A stretch of 64,000 bases of DNA from Epithemia pelagica (Eukaryota; Protista; Bacillariophyta): positions 6,138,001 to 6,202,000 of the forward strand of contig OX337228.1 in NCBI GenBank assembly GCA_946965045.2, read 5' to 3'. A program made the position numbers and the translations under genes. Below are positions 55,201 through 64,000 of the stretch, piece by piece; position 1 is the first letter of the stretch, and each line of letters starts with the position of its first letter. The notes below the pieces were generated by a model. It made no database searches. It worked only from the letters and a program-made list of their open reading frames with translations, and was not told the origin of the DNA.

Positions 55201-55726
55201 GTACAGTACCATCTTCCTTTCGCTGCTTCAAATGAACAAAGGAGTAGGTGGATTTGGTTTCGTACTTGTCTGATTCGCTCACAAAGCCACCTTCGACTCC
55301 AATGCCCAAGGTCGTTGGTAACTTCTCCTCCTTGGCTTGGTTTGCCTTGTCGTCATCCGTCTGTTGATATTCCGGTTTCAATACCTTTTGTTGCACAAAT
55401 CGAACAAACAATCCATCGGCTGGTGGGTTTGCCGTTGCCGCAAAGGCCAAGGCTGGAATGGTCCCCACCCACGAGTGCAAATTCACCACAATGCCCTCGG
55501 GACTACTCAAGGGAGAATGAAAGGTGTAGACACATTCTTCATTCCATACCTTGGAGGAGGTTGTCGAACCAACGCGACAATACGATTGTTCGGAGGAGGC
55601 AGAGGAAGACGCCGCACTCTGCTCCAACACGTGTCGTGTCTCGTCCGGCACAAAGGATGGAATAGCAGCAGAAGCAGCAGCCACAGTGGATCCTCCTCCT
55701 TCAGTTGTATTGCCCGTGTTATCCAT
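52235..55726 (-). CDS. USP5: Ubiquitin C-terminal hydrolase USP5/13 (isopeptidase T/UBP14)
   Basis: ZnF-UBP-like region, Cys box GLQNLGNSCYLNSV, QQQDA, two UBA domains (LMDMGFS; VEMLGCFT), His box HIGKHTGSGHYVAH. Likely ATG at 55726. Confidence 0.92.
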   Translation of the reverse strand: MDNTGNTTEGGGSTVAAASAAIPSFVPDETRHVLEQSAASSSASSEQSYCRVGSTTSSKVWNEECVYTFHSPLSSPEGIVVNLHSWVGTIPALAFAATANPPADGLFVRFVQQKVLKPEYQQTDDDKANQAKEEKLPTTLGIGVEGGFVSESDKYETKSTYSFVHLKQRKEDGTVQVVAEYPYSLTSEEEIPNSDKNSREWLPKRVCEAMDFVITQAGSTLQQQVEAWQLDQGQEALPVTKYANTIPHVDNDVALPMDPRFWTCQQHPNHVNATATDNVWFNLSDGFVGGGRLQWDGSGGTNGALDHFNETGGKYPLVVKLGTLAVVNNTSNSDDWQLTADCYSYAPDEDGPVHITNLRHLLERRGPATAAVLRQLQKTVHSTAEKEVQLNATYNFFAETNITEDNKRLVPRQGPSLQGLQNLGNSCYLNSVAQVLFHLPQLQQRYVGTTTTTSYNPFAATLPPSQAPDHVLVQTAKLATALVAGMYHDKEDEKKKTAEEEPSTTSKPLPMIQPFEFRLAPRMFKHTIAQRHVDFCTGQQQDAAQYLQYFWEQLDRAEQVYYSASSLANNVGGDADGKQEATEDKKQDEEVLFYPSSHWFSFGTETKSICTADQKVKYQQGQGGGGGGRETLWTLRIPMELATTPAVEEQSSNNANNTGIEGDDANQEPDQKRHKGTETEGSSPPAVEGADTAMEPPVESSPSPTVTPMETTPTTESAAAAAAGAMDTGSNSTAATAASATTVTTATMALTDDEEEHPTQTSSAAATISQPESGAGNTTGASTTEPSSTSTNTSAPGTTTTTEKPPKLPQISLETCLDAWAAETVVDDVRWPHLDNARHAALQSTKLRNFPPYLMMQLQRYTLGDDWQPVKLQVELKVPEQKEKNVYKIDLAKYKAQGGPQPGEVLVPEEEDDGTSAPAPAAAKPSRPVLDEGALAQLMDMGFSLHSCQRALTAVGGSDVEAAMTWVFEHNTDPDFNDPLPPVDETPAAAAASSTTDGIDDATVQSLVEMLGCFTTDQVRFGLKQTNGAADRAADWLFSHMEELDALMIAAANDTEAAATATVAKTKLPPLEDSTTCSTYQLVGLISHIGKHTGSGHYVAHVLVQTPDQPKPQWIIFNDEKVAESEHPPVEHAYLYLWQRTDTLPSASGSAKDADADQMDAKA

Positions 55727-56360
55727 GCTGATGATGATCGATGCTCTTTCAATTCGTATCGGGGTTCGGGGTACGCAAAAGTTTTGGTCTTTGTCTCCTC
55801 TTTTCGGTGAAATTCGATGGCCGTCTTTGATTGCTATTATCCTGAATAGGGATAGAGGATATAGAGATAGAGATCTCGATTTGGGGTCAAACGTCAAACT
55901 GTCTGTCTGTGTAGTCTACTGACTGACTTTTGTCTGTCCCTCCGGAACTACGCGAGCCGGCGCTACTTCCGAATCAATGGTGGGAAGAGCTCGTCCGGCG
56001 CTTTGATTCAAGATCATCACTTTTTTTGAAAAAAATTGGGAACAGATCCGGAAGGGTGAAACATGGTCGCAACCATGTCCCGAAGCGCTCCATGTGTCCT
56101 CCAAAGCTCGGAAATACTGATCGTGCCATTGCATGAGAGTACGAATCCATGAGGGGCCACATTTCCCCGTCATAGACAAAGCAGACGCAATATGGGAACA
56201 TTCCGTGGCGATTCGGGTCAACCGTCCCTTCCCGTTTGCTTGATGACAGAATTGGATTGTGTGACAGGCCACCATCTCCCACCAGTTTGGACGGGGCGAG
56301 AAGGATCACAATCCACTGCAGGTCACGACAAGAAAGTTCCCTTTCTCATTGTTTGATACC

Positions 56361-57808
56361 ATGAAGCCGAACGTCAAACAGCACCGCAAGTCAAACTCCT
56401 GGACAGTTCTCGGCGATTCGTCTGTATGGATGATGGATAAGGAAAAGCGCCACCGTACGCATTTCTCGTTTGGCCAAGCCATGGCCCTGGCCGCCATATG
56501 TGCCTCTACTGCGGCAGCTCTCACAGCCATGGTTGCCGTCTATTTCTTTTCCAACTCTACTACGGATTACTACGCCGATCGTGTGATTGCATCCACGTCG
56601 AGAAGCATCATCTCTCGAACTCGCGTACGCCCCTTTTCGTCTCCTCCCCATGCTTCGGGGTGGGAGGCATCTGCTGGAATGGATGCGGAAAACGAGAATT
56701 CACAAGAGTCTTCCTTCCCTCTTTCGGTGCTTCCTTCTCGTAACTTGGAAGATGAAGGCCCTCGTCCCCACATTGTATGGTTGATGTCGTTTCCAAACAG
56801 GTCCGTACATGTGTTCCTATGTTCAACAGACTTTTGGATTCAATCTTCCAACTTGTCGTCTCACGCATTCTCATTTCTCTCCTTTTTTCCAGTGGTACCT
56901 CCTTCACCCTCCACATGACACGAGAGGCATCCAATTGCACTACCGCCACAAACTATGCCCTCGAAGGAGATATCAAGGACAAACCCAGTGTCCCCGCCAT
57001 TCACGGACCTCCAGGTGAACAAGGGCCTTTCCTCGAGCTCATTCCTAATCGTGAAACCAATATTCCCGACAGTATCCTTACCAAAACGCATTGCAAGGGT
57101 TTCTGCAGCGGGGAAATTTGCGGCCCCGAGCGGACGCTCCATACGGTCCGTTCCTTCATGATGGGGTGTCTTTCCGGGAAGCGCGCTATAGAAACCACAA
57201 AAGGAATTGAGAAGATTGATGTCACATATGACCGCTCCCTTGTAAAGAAGGCAATCCATCTTTTTCGCCATCCTCTGGACAACATTGTTGCCCGATTCCA
57301 TCTGGAGTACAAAGTGCAGGGGGAACGTGGCAACACGGAATTCGTAGAAACATTTCCCCGAAACTCTAGTGGATTTCACCATTGGTGTGCGACGGATGAC
57401 CGCAATCGCCACTTGATCGAATCGCGTTTCATGGATGCCAAGTTGCGTGCCAAAATGCGCGTCATTCCCTGCATGAACGAGTTCTACCGCTATGTGCAGT
57501 GGCACAACCTGGCATTTGCCGTTTCTCGTGACATGAACGTTCCAACCATGCTTTTGCATTACCACGAATACAACAACGACTTTGAGTGTACACGTGATCG
57601 CGTCTTGGATTGGATTGGACTCCCTCACGTTGGACAAGGCGAGCCGTTTCATCCCGGCAAGGTATACCGTCATTACTACACCGATACTCAAAAGCTCGCT
57701 ATCCGTGAATTCCTTGAGGAAGTGTCCTCTGCAGAGACCTGGGAACAGCTGAAAAGCTACAACTTTGGATCTGAAAACGAAGCTGAAAGCGAAGCAGCAG
57801 TGGTCTGA
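56361..57808 (+). CDS. Type II membrane sulfotransferase-like protein; intron 56801-56892
   Basis: The splice gives the 5'-PSB motif WLMSFPNSGTSFT; 3'-PB-like IHLFRHPLDNIVARF; LLHYHEY; N-terminal TM. Confidence 0.85.
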
Positions 57809-58109
57809 GCTATGCCAAGCGATGGACTGTTCTAACAGTAGCTAAAATCCATGAAAGAGCGGTAACATGGTAGGATTCCCATATTTAGTCTCTATGCTTT
57901 TGTGCAAACGTTCTGCATACAGCTTACTTCTCGTGTATTCCACAAGCGCCTAATAGAATGGGCATCATATTCACTCCACGATTTATGCTCTTGCGCCATC
58001 GTGATTGTGATTCTGTATAACACAAAACCTATCTCAAGACGATGATTGATTCGTTCTGTCGCTTCGCTACAATGGAACCAAGCAAGTATCAGTCCAAAAC
58101 CTTGAAGTA

Positions 58110-61100
58110 CTATTCAGTCTTTCTGGAGATGGCTTTCAAAACTGCATCTTCGCATCTCTCACGTTCAGTGGCATCTGGGCATAGCAAAGTGATCCTTTCC
58201 TGAGACCCCTCGCCTCGCCCAAAGATAACGATGATTCTGTTCGCTTCTTCACCCTTAACTGCCCTCATCTCGACTGGAGAAGGTGTCGCAATCCCTGCAT
58301 GTCCATCCAGAGTCAGCTGCCCTAGTACGGCTTCGCCTCGGTCGAAGCTATCAGATGAATTCCACCAAAGGAATCGGTGGCCTTGGAGGACGCAAAAAGC
58401 CGGACGTCGCTGTTCAGATGAAATAAACTCTATGTTTCCATGCCATGCGGATTTCCATAGGGCACTGAGTCTTTCATTTCGCCTCTCCGCCGAGCGGCTT
58501 TCAGCTTCAAGAGCAACAACCCGTCTTGTGTCCCAGTAATACGTTCGTCTCATATCTTCATCGGTGGGAAGCCCTATGAACGCGTTGGAGATCCAGGTTG
58601 CTACAGAAGGCGTATCGCTAGTAGACTTCTCCTTTTCGGGCTGATTGGATCCATGTGAGACTTTCCGAGATCTTGTCGACTGAAAGAGACGAGCATGTAA
58701 GGTAATACCGAACTGCAGGATTCCGGCTGCTGACATTAGAAAACGTGAAGGAATTATTGAAAGTACCATCCATGCCAGTAATATTACGACAAAAACAACG
58801 GATGATTTGTACGGATCAGAGAAGTTGAAGACGTTCAAGACTGCCTCAAAACAATCCAAAACTGTTCCCAAAGCATTCTGCACAGAGAGCAATGTGCTGC
58901 TCAAGCCTCGGACGGTGTTAAAAGCACCAATGGACGAACCGAGAAGAGACACCTTTTGCTGGCGAAAGAATCGCGCTGCTCTGATCATTTCTTGATGAAC
59001 AACCACGGAGGCTTCTTTTTCCTCATCAGGAGAAGAGCCAAGAAAACTTTCTGGTGGAACCCAGCTGAGCTGGACCAGGAGCTGTGGGGTCCCACCCGAG
59101 GGAAGCTTGCTGCGTAGTTCAAAAGGGACATCTTTCTTTCCAGGCTCACGGACCTCAAGCCAACCGCGTATTTCCCCTTGGGATATCAATTTTGAAACGG
59201 GGATAACGACTTGACCCAGAATATGTTCTGTACCTGGTAAAATGCTGACAAGGTCGTGGAATCGAACTTCGAGAATGATTGCGGCAGGACTTGCTGTCCA
59301 TGGTTCCAAGGAGATATTCTGTCCGTGGTGACGTCCTGGTTGAAGTAACGGAAAGGAGAAACGTGAATTGACGCTTGAGTTGTCATGATCAAAAATAGGG
59401 CCTTCAAAAGGAAAAGCTTGGCGAATTCGACTTGATTCTAGACTTTCTGTTGATTTGTGCCATATTGGATCCGACGAATACACACTTTCTGTGAAACCCA
59501 ATTCGTGAGGAGCTCCCAGGGCTTCATCCAGAGCAACGGAGCGTTTCCTGTCGTCCTCACTCATTAAATGAGTGAGGTCAAGCGAGACTTTGCAAACGGC
59601 ACTTCCAGGAAGTCCGTATTCGGGGTATTTCAAATTCGACCCTTTTACAATTTCGATGTTGATCATCCCCATAGATCTAGGAACCTTTCCGTCCTCGTGT
59701 TCCAGTTTCTCGAGATCTCGGTTTATGTATCTTCTAGGCAGCCTCCCGTGAGCCCTATCAAATCCCAGATATGCCATGATAACCAAGAGGGCAAACAATG
59801 GCATTGCCACAATGTGTTTGGACTTTGAAGTGATGCACAAGTGAAAATATATGCAAGCACAAAACGCCGTTATTGCTGGGTTCTCCCAACTGACCATGAA
59901 TTTGTATATTTCTACAAGCTTTTTCGCATCTCTGATCAAGTTCGATATTCGACGAATGTGATTTTGGAGAACCGCCAGGTCAAGTTGATCATGGGATCTT
60001 GGGGGGCATTTATAAGGGCTTGGCCCATATAATGCATTTTCGTCCTCTTCCAAAAGGAGATCGAGTTCGACGGTTCCGACAACAGCATCATCAGACGAAT
60101 CTGAGAAAAAAGCTACTGCACTCTGCTTGTTTGCCTCCTGTAGATCTAAAACAACTCGACGGGAAATGTTAAATGTCACGGGGCCACTGAAAACCCAAAC
60201 AAAGGGAATGATTGTTGAAGAAGCGTAGCTGTCACGTTGCTGTTGTAGAATTGCGTTTGCTGGAAGTACGCAAGATCCAATCACGCTATCGGTCGCATCA
60301 TCAACCAGTTCCAAACTGAACTCAACACCATAGCTTGGAACGGGTAGACTCATTTCGCCAGATCTAAACTTTGGTCGGCCCGACTGTTGGACCGTTTTTG
60401 TACGAATCATTTGACCAGTTGAGCTTGTGATTCTCATGTAATAGTCTCCTTTCTTCGTTAGGGCAGACAAAGACGCGCCTTTATCCACGTTCGATGAAGA
60501 GCTTGGATGCTTGGCAGATTGAAAGACGAACGCCTTGATGATGTTCACCTTGAGGGTCCCAACTGCTGCACGGGGGACATTGTTGTCACCATCACCAAGA
60601 CCATTCAACCCCATTCTCACAGTCGGCCCTGACGGGACGTTTTCCCGTACGTGGGGTGGATGGTTGCGGCCATCATCTAACTCAGGAACGGGAGCAACCG
60701 TTCGTAGAATGTTGTCTACCGTAAGTTTCGACTGAATACTTTGTGCCGCAGCAGAGGTAGCTGACTTGGACCCACAGGGCAATCGAAAATCAACATGTAA
60801 ACGACAATCATAACAACAATCGACTCCGCATCTTTCACACCGATAGGCAGGCGTTTTGCGAAACCCTGATGCAATACTCCTCGAACATACAGCGCACCGA
60901 GCAGCAACATAAAATACTTTTAAGCGGAGTAGGTGAGTTTTCGAGGATGAAATGACAACACCGTCCACATTTCGAAAGGAACTTAACGAAGTCGAGTGGT
61001 CGGATTGAGACAACTCTCGCTTTAGAGGTGGTCGTCGTTTCTTGGATGATAAGATCGTAGAGGATGTCTCAGATATTACATACTGTTGAACTTCATTGAA

Positions 61101-62480
61101 TTCGTGCAAGGCTGTCGATGGTATCGATGAATCATCGGCTACAGAAGAGTCGTCCATCAGTGCTTCGTTCTTGGACAAATGTTCTGTCCCATCCCTCGAC
61201 CTATTCTGTACCGTTGTGCTCTCCTCTGGCTCAAAAATCGCTTCAATATGGAGAAGCGGGTTGTCTCTTTGCTCTTCTGAAGCATGCACGTTTTCATTCA
61301 ATGACTTGGTGGTGACAAACCATCCACTCATTGGTTCGGTAGGGTGCTTCAGCAAACTTTCGCATGGCAGTTCGACATGACACATTTCAAATTCCAGCAT
61401 ACCAAGCGCACTAGCGCTAAAGACGAGGGCCACTCGGATGGAAGGTACGGGGCTGTCCTCACTGCTGTAGGCATGAACCATGGAGACAACCGAGTTTTCG
61501 GTATCGGCCCAGTCAGTACAGACATTGGCAATGGGGCCTCCAGAGCTGTTGGAGAAGGCCTTTGTTTTGGTAGTTCGTACCTTGCCTTTCCATGGAGGGA
61601 GAGCCACAACTGCATGTACCAAGGATCCTACTGGACAGGGTAACCGTTGTGCTCTCATAACCCGTACGTGTACAACACCGAAACAATTCATGCTCGGATC
61701 GTATGCTACACGCTCGTCGTCCTCTTTCCACGATGTGAGAGCATGGTCCACATCAAAATCGGATTTCAGCAAAACATGTTCCGGGTAAGAAGACCTTTTC
61801 AGTTCCGTTTCGTTAATGTCTGAGCTCGGATCCTCACTCGCAGCACCATCATCAACATCATCTTGTCCATTGAATGCTGTGATGGTTGTAGTTTTTTCTT
61901 TCATCAAGTCTTGTCCAGCCATTTCAACCATATCAGTGGGAGGTTTGTGCATTGAACGAGTCAGAGCCTTTGTTTTATTCTCTCGGCGAGGAGTTGTTTC
62001 TTCTTTAGACGGCACTGCGATAGAATCGATTGCTTGGCCCCACGGACTGTGTTTGGAGAGACGCGTGGCTGTGTTATTGTTTGTTGGGCCTGTAGCGCTG
62101 TTGAAAATCCCTACTTCATTCTCACTCTTGTGAGAAATTTTCGTAGGTGGCCTTGACTTTGTTGGCATTAGAGTCGTTCCCACTCCATGAGGTGTTGGAG
62201 GGAGGGAGACAGGTTGTTTTTTGTCGTCTATATTCATCGTATTTTGGATAGATCTGGACGATGACAGTGACGATGACATGGACGAAGTATCGTTTGTCAT
62301 GTTGTGTTGAGCAGCGGCCGTCGTCGTGGGTCTCAGATGTTGGGACACAAATTCAGCAAGGACTTCGGCATCCTCCGCCGTTTGCTGTTGTTGTTGAGTC
62401 CTTCGTCGGCGATTGTGAATTCGATGAGACGTATGAACAGCATCGTCCAGCGCATCATCCAACCGATTCAGCCAGTCCAT
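58110..62480 (-). CDS. Multi-C2 membrane protein with C1 zinc finger, MCTP-like TM regions and C-terminal PH-like domain
   Basis: 1456-aa ORF: C2 (GVVHVRVMRAQRLP), C1 (HLL...CAVCSR...YRCERCGVDCCYDC...C), further C2-like units, SWENP and FNFSDP motifs before hydrophobic segments, PH-like RPAFCVLQGHRFLWW. Confidence 0.8.
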   Translation of the reverse strand: MDWLNRLDDALDDAVHTSHRIHNRRRRTQQQQQTAEDAEVLAEFVSQHLRPTTTAAAQHNMTNDTSSMSSSLSSSRSIQNTMNIDDKKQPVSLPPTPHGVGTTLMPTKSRPPTKISHKSENEVGIFNSATGPTNNNTATRLSKHSPWGQAIDSIAVPSKEETTPRRENKTKALTRSMHKPPTDMVEMAGQDLMKEKTTTITAFNGQDDVDDGAASEDPSSDINETELKRSSYPEHVLLKSDFDVDHALTSWKEDDERVAYDPSMNCFGVVHVRVMRAQRLPCPVGSLVHAVVALPPWKGKVRTTKTKAFSNSSGGPIANVCTDWADTENSVVSMVHAYSSEDSPVPSIRVALVFSASALGMLEFEMCHVELPCESLLKHPTEPMSGWFVTTKSLNENVHASEEQRDNPLLHIEAIFEPEESTTVQNRSRDGTEHLSKNEALMDDSSVADDSSIPSTALHEFNEVQQYVISETSSTILSSKKRRPPLKRELSQSDHSTSLSSFRNVDGVVISSSKTHLLRLKVFYVAARCAVCSRSIASGFRKTPAYRCERCGVDCCYDCRLHVDFRLPCGSKSATSAAAQSIQSKLTVDNILRTVAPVPELDDGRNHPPHVRENVPSGPTVRMGLNGLGDGDNNVPRAAVGTLKVNIIKAFVFQSAKHPSSSSNVDKGASLSALTKKGDYYMRITSSTGQMIRTKTVQQSGRPKFRSGEMSLPVPSYGVEFSLELVDDATDSVIGSCVLPANAILQQQRDSYASSTIIPFVWVFSGPVTFNISRRVVLDLQEANKQSAVAFFSDSSDDAVVGTVELDLLLEEDENALYGPSPYKCPPRSHDQLDLAVLQNHIRRISNLIRDAKKLVEIYKFMVSWENPAITAFCACIYFHLCITSKSKHIVAMPLFALLVIMAYLGFDRAHGRLPRRYINRDLEKLEHEDGKVPRSMGMINIEIVKGSNLKYPEYGLPGSAVCKVSLDLTHLMSEDDRKRSVALDEALGAPHELGFTESVYSSDPIWHKSTESLESSRIRQAFPFEGPIFDHDNSSVNSRFSFPLLQPGRHHGQNISLEPWTASPAAIILEVRFHDLVSILPGTEHILGQVVIPVSKLISQGEIRGWLEVREPGKKDVPFELRSKLPSGGTPQLLVQLSWVPPESFLGSSPDEEKEASVVVHQEMIRAARFFRQQKVSLLGSSIGAFNTVRGLSSTLLSVQNALGTVLDCFEAVLNVFNFSDPYKSSVVFVVILLAWMVLSIIPSRFLMSAAGILQFGITLHARLFQSTRSRKVSHGSNQPEKEKSTSDTPSVATWISNAFIGLPTDEDMRRTYYWDTRRVVALEAESRSAERRNERLSALWKSAWHGNIEFISSEQRRPAFCVLQGHRFLWWNSSDSFDRGEAVLGQLTLDGHAGIATPSPVEMRAVKGEEANRIIVIFGRGEGSQERITLLCPDATERERCEDAVLKAISRKTE

Positions 62481-62876
62481 GCTGCAACTAAATTATGTTT
62501 AATTACTATCGGCAAACCTCATGTCGTGTCCCTAAGAAAAGCACACTGAACAAACAACCAGCATCGTCGTCGTCCTCTCTAAATTTTCTCGTTGCCATCA
62601 CAATGCCATGGCTATACTCGTGAATACACTTGAGGGACTGAAATAGTCAGACTACCCGTCCCTCAAGTAAACTTTGGAGGAGGGTCTCATCACTTTGTTG
62701 AGGGAGGGGTGCAAAGCGGAGGATTTGGTGGCCGAGTGGTCAAGTCTAAGGGCAACAGCAGTTGTCCTTGTCCTCACTGAGGTTTCATTGGTGCTCTACA
62801 GTCTACAGAGGCTTTGCTTTGCCCATGAAAAGAGAAGAGTGCTGGTAGGAGGTAGGACTAGGAGCAGGGCGGCTGG

Positions 62877-62887
62877 AAAAACCAAAA
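62877..62887 (-). terminator. RNA polymerase III terminator (T4 and T5 runs) downstream of tRNA-Leu
   Basis: Minus strand reads ...GTCA ACC TTTT GG TTTTT just after the discriminator base. Confidence 0.75.
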
Positions 62888-62890
62888 GGT

Positions 62891-63054
62891 TGACGACTGT
62901 GGGATTTGAACCCACGCCTCCGGAGAGAATGGAGCCTAAATCCACCTGCGGGAAGTTGCGACATTGGGCACTTGTGAGAAAGCAAGGGGTTATTCGACGA
63001 TGAATGCTTAACAATCATTAAACTTACCACCTTAGACCACTCGGTCAAATCGTC
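62891..63054 (-). tRNA. trnL-UAG: tRNA-Leu(UAG), intron-containing: exon 1 63028-63054 (27 nt), intron 62946-63027 (82 nt), exon 2 62891-62945 (55 nt)
   Basis: The joined sequence GACGATTTGACCGAGTGGTCTAAGGTGGTGGATTTAGGCTCCATTCTCTCCGGAGGCGTGGGTTCAAATCCCACAGTCGTCA (82 nt) folds into a full cloverleaf: 7-bp acceptor, D arm, GTGGA/TCCAT anticodon stem, loop TT-TAG-GC, Leu-type variable arm, T arm, A73. Confidence 0.93.
62946..63027 (-). other. 82-nt GT-AG intron at tRNA position 26/27 with spliceosomal-type signals
   Basis: GTAAGT...TTCTCAC...ACTTCCCGCAG. Removing exactly this segment restores the cloverleaf. Confidence 0.85.
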
Positions 63055-63076
63055 CCGCAAAACCTGGTGAAAATTG

Positions 63077-63085
63077 ATATAAATA
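63077..63085 (-). promoter_or_regulatory. TATA-like element TATTTATAT at about -31 to -23 of the tRNA
   Basis: Position matches the upstream TATA elements of Pol III tRNA genes in plants and fission yeast. Confidence 0.55.
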
Positions 63086-63212
63086 CGGTTGTTGACTTGT
63101 TTTTGTTGACCGACATTTTCGCGCCTGCCATCTCCCTCCGCACAGATTTTGTCAACACTTCGGCTCTTGGCAACAGGTCCAACTCCAACAACTCCTGTTC
63201 TACCAGTTCACC

Positions 63213-64000
63213 ATGATAAGTGGGACCTCCAACGCGGCCGTTGAGAGAGGAGGCTTGTTCCGGAACGCACCCCATTCCAGCGCCACTGGTAGATCCGGCG
63301 ATGTATCCGATCTACTGACTCCAACAACGATGCCGAATGACGCCATTACATTAACGGCGAAACCAAATGCCTTTGCGGGTGCGGTGCTAAGTCCCAACCA
63401 TGCTCGTACTCTGACGCCATCACTCTGTGTTGCAATCTCATCGGCATTGGCGGAGCAGTGCCATCGTCGGTCCGGTGTGCCATATACACGTAAGAGCAGT
63501 CTTTGTGGTTTGAATGTTCTCGTTCCATTGCCCAATTTTATCTCAGCGATCTGACAATTTATAATTATTATTCTTTGTCATTGGTTATATACTCGCAATT
63601 CAATCTGCTCTGTCCAGTTTGGATCACGGAAGCCTGGAGAGTTTTAGGTTGGGCGGAACCGAGTGCGGCCTTGTTCTGGGAGATGGCCACCATGTATCAC
63701 ACCTTATACTTGGCCGGACGAGCGTTCGCCGCAGACTACGAAGAGAATCCAGTTCACTCGAATAGCAACATTCCACCGATTCTCTCCTGTGGATCCACTA
63801 GTAGTGTTGGTTCCGGTACAACCACACAAACGCCTGTTACGTTTGACAAAAAGAAGTTGAGCACTGTGGCATCTGCCAAAGAGCTCCCCGTCTGGTTGGT
63901 GGGGACGTTTCTATTGCTTCACTGTGAAGAATTCGCTTATCAACGCAACTTATCGGGGCAAGACGAGAGGCGTTTCTTTGGTGGAGGAGATCCTTTAGGA
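63213..64000 (+). CDS. 5' part of an uncharacterised gene (possibly TBCC-domain TBCCD1-like); intron 63490-63617; runs off the window
   Basis: Exon 1 (...GVPYT) splices GTAAGA...CAG in phase 1 to an open frame LWITEAWRVLGWAEPSAALFWEM...LPVWLVGTFLLLHCEE that stays open to 64000. The family assignment is from memory and weak. Confidence 0.6.

Noticed and set aside
62941-63032. 6-bp direct repeat AGGTGG read as a transposon target-site duplication around the tRNA insert
   Set aside because: Collapsing the repeat gives a tRNA 3 nt too short to form both D and anticodon stems. Only the GT-AG register restores the cloverleaf.
62940-63034. Bulge-helix-bulge (tRNA endonuclease) motif at the tRNA intron junctions
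   Set aside because: The required 4-bp central helix (AAGG with CCGC in the GT-AG register) has only 2 pairs, and the shifted registers allowed by the GGT repeat pair no better. A formal folding run is still advisable.

Overview
Gene-dense eukaryotic nuclear DNA, most likely a diatom (inference from an LHC/FCP-family gene, an ATAFAP bipartite plastid-targeting leader, a type III metacaspase and a CoDi-like Ty1/Copia element). About 22 host protein genes can be supported, several with short GT-AG introns. Three of them (a 5' gene running off the left edge, RAMP4/SERP1 and a gene running off the right edge) are not recovered as such by the ORF track. A young 10.35-kb Copia LTR retrotransposon (11569-21918) has a 5-bp TSD, non-canonical AG...CT termini, a non-TGG primer-binding site, about 1,100 extra in-frame codons between Gag and protease, and one in-frame TGA. 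The most striking observation is a structurally intact tRNA-Leu(UAG) gene (62891-63054, minus strand) split at position 26/27 by an 82-nt insert with spliceosomal hallmarks (G|GTAAGT donor, CTCAC branch-like site, pyrimidine-rich CAG| acceptor, no bulge-helix-bulge). It is a candidate spliceosome-processed tRNA. All translations, splice junctions and motif calls were made by eye, and no database searches were run.
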